DNA of 64,000 nt, from sequence record OK018184; one strand, given 5' to 3'. This DNA comes from Shigella phage CT01. Position 1 is the first letter of the stretch; each line of letters opens with the position of its first letter. This document shows positions 59,772 to 64,000 of this stretch, piece after piece. Under the pieces are notes generated by a model. The model saw nothing but the letters and a program-made list of their open reading frames with translations. It searched no databases and was not told the DNA's origin. The position numbers and the translations under genes are program-made.

Positions 59772-60233
59772 TCATTGAGTTTTAATTACTGCTTTAGAAG
59801 CCTTTCCTGGTAAACGACGACTGTTAATAATTGCCATCCTGCACTGAAGCGACGGGTCTTTGAACTTCGCATTAGGTTTACAAACTGTAAATCCAAGCCA
59901 AAGATTTCCATCTGTGATTTCTAAACGCCCAGGACGATATTCAACCCCATCAATAAAATCCTCGTCAATGTCAGGACGCGGAGGCATACTCAGGAATTCA
60001 TTAACTTCTAAAACATGGTCTTTTATTTTATGGAATAATTCAAAAACATATGTCTCATCAATCTCCCGTTGAATTGCACGATCAAGAAGATGCTGAGAAT
60101 ATTTTAGATGAAACGATGAGACCCCTGCTGCTTTTGATGCCTCACGAATCTCATTGTTAATTTGACGAAACTCCGACTCAAAGTGACGACGGAGTTTATT
60201 TCGACGGATAAAAACTTCTGTGTTGATAGTCAT
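59772..60233 (-). CDS. regB: endoribonuclease RegB
   Basis: 153 aa, size and position as T4 RegB, preceded by an early promoter. Confidence 0.8.
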   Translation of the reverse strand: MTINTEVFIRRNKLRRHFESEFRQINNEIREASKAAGVSSFHLKYSQHLLDRAIQREIDETYVFELFHKIKDHVLEVNEFLSMPPRPDIDEDFIDGVEYRPGRLEITDGNLWLGFTVCKPNAKFKDPSLQCRMAIINSRRLPGKASKAVIKTQ

Positions 60234-60257
60234 GTTATTCTCCTCTTAACTGATAGA

Positions 60258-60293
60258 AAAATTATACCACAGTCAAGAGGAAAAGTAAACAGT
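60258..60293 (-). promoter_or_regulatory. T4-type early promoter
   Basis: Reverse strand GTTTAC-18 nt-TATAAT (gtaaac 60285..60290, attata 60261..60266). Confidence 0.6.
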
Positions 60294-60613
60294 TATTCTT
60301 TAAATCTAATCAATTTATTCATAGACTTTGTAACTTCTGCACGAACCTCATGTAAGTTTTTAAGCTGTTCAAGACGCTGCTCATAGTAAGCAATTTCATC
60401 TTCTTCGAGACAGTCCTGTGAATCTTCTTTAAGATAACGTGCATAGTCCTGGAAAGCTTTACGGACTACTTCCTGGAAGTCATCAAGACTTTGAATTTTC
60501 TTAGGAGCAACAGATACACGACGAGGGGCAGTATAATACTCATAACCAAACCCTGCGCTTAATTGAGCCATTAATATTTTTCCTCTGGTTGAAACACAGC
60601 ACGACAAGCCCAC
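60293..60613 (-). CDS. hypothetical protein
   Basis: 106-aa ORF. Confidence 0.45.
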   Translation of the reverse strand: MGLSCCVSTRGKILMAQLSAGFGYEYYTAPRRVSVAPKKIQSLDDFQEVVRKAFQDYARYLKEDSQDCLEEDEIAYYEQRLEQLKNLHEVRAEVTKSMNKLIRFKE

Positions 60614-60837
60614 ATACTAGCTTCTTTGAGTTTCGTTTTAGCAATAGTTAACTGATCGATGCTTTCAGCATAATTCTTCGCGAATTCATAGTCTTCACAA
60701 TTATTTAGCACTTCCCAGAATTCGTCGTATAAAGCATCAAAGATAAGTCCTAAACGAACTTCAGCATCTTTGATAGCATTCACTTTACCGATTTTCTCTT
60801 CAGTATGTGGCTTATAACCCTTAATATCTTCAATCAT
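60571..60837 (-). CDS. hypothetical protein
   Basis: 88-aa ORF. Confidence 0.45.
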   Translation of the reverse strand: MIEDIKGYKPHTEEKIGKVNAIKDAEVRLGLIFDALYDEFWEVLNNCEDYEFAKNYAESIDQLTIAKTKLKEASMWACRAVFQPEEKY

Positions 60838-61051
60838 ATTTTACTTCCTCACCAGTACCTAAATCATATTCAACTAAACGAATAGGCTCATGAATGCCAT
60901 ATCCTTGAACAGAAATTTCTGTCGTAGGATAAATTCCATTAATATCACCCATGTTCCACGCTTCATTAAATTGCCGTTCGCCTGAATTACTAAACCACTC
61001 GGCGAAAGCATTTAGCACATCTTCAGAACCTTCAATAATTATCTTTGCCAT
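60830..61051 (-). CDS. hypothetical protein
   Basis: 73-aa ORF. Confidence 0.45.
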   Translation of the reverse strand: MAKIIIEGSEDVLNAFAEWFSNSGERQFNEAWNMGDINGIYPTTEISVQGYGIHEPIRLVEYDLGTGEEVKYD

Positions 61052-61413
61052 TACAAACTCTCAGTAAAGGTACGAGCGATAACGTCGCGCTGCTGTTCCG
61101 GAGTCAGAGAGTTAAAACGAACTGCATAACCGGATACACGGATGGTCAACTGCGGATATTTTTCCGGATGCTTAACTGCATCTTCCAGAGTTTCACGACG
61201 CAGAACGTTAACGTTCAGGTGTTGACCACCCTCGATTTTAACTGTAGGTTGTGTTTCAATTTCAATTTCACGGGCATGCAAACCATAGAAAATTTCTGGG
61301 TCTACAAAAGAGTCCTCTTTAAAAGTTTTAGAGACAATAATTCGTGCTTGAATACCATCTTCAAAATAAATAGTACCTTTATGCGTGCCTTCAAGAATTT
61401 GATATGCTTTCAT
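61051..61413 (-). CDS. autonomous glycyl-radical cofactor (GrcA/YfiD-like)
   Basis: C-terminus [63 protein letters not shown] with glycyl-radical motif RVSGY; 3' half is GC-rich and host-like. Confidence 0.8.
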   Translation of the reverse strand: MKAYQILEGTHKGTIYFEDGIQARIIVSKTFKEDSFVDPEIFYGLHAREIEIETQPTVKIEGGQHLNVNVLRRETLEDAVKHPEKYPQLTIRVSGYAVRFNSLTPEQQRDVIARTFTESL

Positions 61414-61421
61414 ATAACCTC

Positions 61422-61751
61422 TCAATTAGAAAATAAATTTATCCAAGATTGCTCTTTAATTAAAAATGGCTCAGAATCATATGCCATTAAACTTTGGGTG
61501 ATTAGTCCTTTAAAAGGTCCATCAATAAATTCCATGGCAAAATATGGAATTTTATTCATTAATCTTGCATTAGGAGCAGTGCACAAAACTCTGCATCCTT
61601 TGAATACGCCTTTTTGTAATTTGTATTGCTTAGGATAAAATTCGCTCAAGACGTTGTTATTTGCCAAAATTTCAAAATGATTCACCAATTTATTTTTAAT
61701 AGTTTTTGGCGAAAAATAAAGATATTCGAAAAGTTGCGTGTCTGTCATCAT
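61422..61751 (-). CDS. hypothetical protein
   Basis: Track ORF 61422..61802; start chosen at the ATGA overlap with the upstream gene. Confidence 0.4.
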   Translation of the reverse strand: MMTDTQLFEYLYFSPKTIKNKLVNHFEILANNNVLSEFYPKQYKLQKGVFKGCRVLCTAPNARLMNKIPYFAMEFIDGPFKGLITQSLMAYDSEPFLIKEQSWINLFSN

Positions 61752-62287
61752 TGCATTCCGATTATGAAAAACTGTGGACGAGTAATACCACCAATGCAGC
61801 ATTTACTATTGCAACAGTGGTGCACAGTTTCAATATGAATATCGTAAATTTTATCCATATCAGGAGATTTAACAGGCTCATCGATTATATACAAAATCCG
61901 CGAAAGCGATAAACCTCTGAACTTGCTTCCTTTATTACCGATAAAACTACGGACAGAATCGGTAAATAAGCGGAATCGAATATCATCGCTAGAATAACGA
62001 GAAAACTCTTTTTTAATGTGGCCCGCAGAAATTTTAGCGTAAGCTGAAGTATTAGAAAGAACAATAACTGTTCCACCATCATACAGCCAATTAGCGGCAA
62101 AATTAGTTACTGCAGTTGATTTACCAGATTGACGTCCACCATCTAGTCGAAGTGTGCAATACTGTTTGAGTAAGTCTTCAAATGGTGGGATATAATCGTT
62201 TTTACAAATTTCTTCTACTCTAGCATCAGAATGGTGTGTAAAAGCATTCATCAGGGATAGATAAGGTCCAGTTAAAAATGTTCTCAT
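61748..62287 (-). CDS. P-loop NTPase
   Basis: Walker A GGRQSGKST; track ORF 61748..62335 trimmed to the first ATG (MRTFLTG). Confidence 0.5.
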   Translation of the reverse strand: MRTFLTGPYLSLMNAFTHHSDARVEEICKNDYIPPFEDLLKQYCTLRLDGGRQSGKSTAVTNFAANWLYDGGTVIVLSNTSAYAKISAGHIKKEFSRYSSDDIRFRLFTDSVRSFIGNKGSKFRGLSLSRILYIIDEPVKSPDMDKIYDIHIETVHHCCNSKCCIGGITRPQFFIIGMQ

Positions 62288-62464
62288 TTTATTCTCTCTA
62301 AATTTGGGCCATTCCATGGCGCATGAATTGTCCATTTCTGTATTTACCCATTACCGCACTTGGGCTCGACCTTATTACAGGTTGGCGGGAATCCCTCACA
62401 GAATCATGAGGTCCAGCTTGTTCCCATGTTATTTGAATGTAAATAGGCCTAAGTATAGGCCTTA

Positions 62465-63046
62465 TTAATTACCACGGGCTGCATTAGCAACGGCATAAGC
62501 GTACTGAACATTAGCGTCCTTAAACGTACCTTTAGAGGTATCTATTTCTGCCTTAAAGCCGCCTTTAGCCATAACATCGGCAAATTCTTTACGGAAAGCC
62601 ATTGCATCAAGACCTTTCCATGATGATTTGTGCTTGGCGAATTCAAGACCAGCGTAGTTGACAGCCTTAGCTAATTTATTATCAATGACCCATTTACCGG
62701 CTTTAGGCACAAACTTCGGGCCTTTTTGTTTAGAGAACAGTTTTAAATTCCAGCGACGAAGATCACTGTCGGCTTTAACAAAAGCTGCATCTAAGTTACT
62801 AGCAACAACATCTTCAATATGAGCAAATTTAAGTCCATCAACTTCAATATTTAGATCGTTACGCCAGCGAAGTCCTTCCCAAGCGAAGGCTTTAAAATCA
62901 GAAGCTTTTGTGGCTAGATATCGTTCAAGTGGAGCAGTTTTAGGGTCAAAACCGTTTCCGCCACGATAAGTCCACTCATCTTTATTAATGCCTTTGGCCT
63001 TTACTACAGAAGCTTCAGCAATAAATTCTTGATACGTTTTGAACAT
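62465..63046 (-). CDS. internal head protein (IPIII-like, capsid-targeting N-terminus)
   Basis: 193 aa starting [12 protein letters not shown], resembling the T4 internal-protein targeting sequence [11 protein letters not shown]; the ATG is created at the denV junction. Confidence 0.6.
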   Translation of the reverse strand: MFKTYQEFIAEASVVKAKGINKDEWTYRGGNGFDPKTAPLERYLATKASDFKAFAWEGLRWRNDLNIEVDGLKFAHIEDVVASNLDAAFVKADSDLRRWNLKLFSKQKGPKFVPKAGKWVIDNKLAKAVNYAGLEFAKHKSSWKGLDAMAFRKEFADVMAKGGFKAEIDTSKGTFKDANVQYAYAVANAARGN

Positions 63047-63146
63047 GTTTACGGACTGCACCAAATACGCGTGGTAATTCACGATACTCTGCCATAAGAT
63101 GTTGGTCGGTCAGTTCAGAAACAAGTGTTAAATTGATACGAGTCAT
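63015..63146 (-). pseudogene. denV: denV (endonuclease V) 5' remnant: 35 codons, then frameshifted into the IP gene
   Basis: [35 protein letters not shown] matches the recalled T4 EndoV N-terminus; followed by QNVSRIYC-stop. Confidence 0.65.
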
Positions 63147-63169
63147 AATTTCCTCCAAGTAGTTGATGA

Positions 63170-63204
63170 ATGTATAGTATCAAAGTCCTTGGAGGAAGTA
63201 AACA

Positions 63205-63206
<2 letters not shown>
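63170..63206 (-). promoter_or_regulatory. T4-type early promoter upstream of the denV remnant
   Basis: Reverse strand GTTTAC (gtaaac 63198..63203) ... TACTATACA. Confidence 0.5.
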
Positions 63207-63998
<792 letters not shown>

Positions 63999-64000
63999 AT

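Overview
This window is the early-gene region of a T-even (T4-like, Tequatrovirus-type) coliphage, running from the rIIB/rIIA junction to the lysozyme gene e. Almost all genes are on the minus strand, closely packed, and punctuated by early promoters (GTTTAC -35 with a TATAAT-like -10) and UUCG-type tetraloop hairpins. Recognisable genes include rIIA, topoisomerase II large subunit (39/60), dexA, dda, modA/modB, soc, 56, 61, sp, dmd, 41, uvsX, 42, imm, 43, regA, 62, 44, 45, rpbA, 46, 47, alpha-gt, 55, nrdH/G/D, 49, nrdC, rI, tk, regB, internal proteins and e. Several features point to a T2/T6-like phage rather than T4 itself: a contiguous topoisomerase large-subunit gene (no gene 60 bypass, no mobA), an intron-less nrdD, a different glycosyltransferase in the beta-gt position, and a truncated denV. 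I found no convincing new defence or anti-defence system. The most unusual signals are structural: (1) about 670 bp of E. coli-like chromosomal DNA (ycaO'/ycaP' 5' ends) inserted in the topoisomerase gene, flanked by a perfect 372-bp direct repeat and by PstI/SpeI sites with stops in all three frames; (2) three further short duplications (146 to 177 bp), each duplicating a gene 5' end; (3) a deletion junction fusing denV codon 35 to an internal-protein gene; (4) a GrcA-like gene whose 3' half is GC-rich and host-like; (5) rIIB terminating after codon 29 at the window edge. All identifications rest on reading the sequence and on recalled family knowledge; no database search was run. Items 1 and 2 could equally be engineering, host-DNA capture or assembly artefacts.
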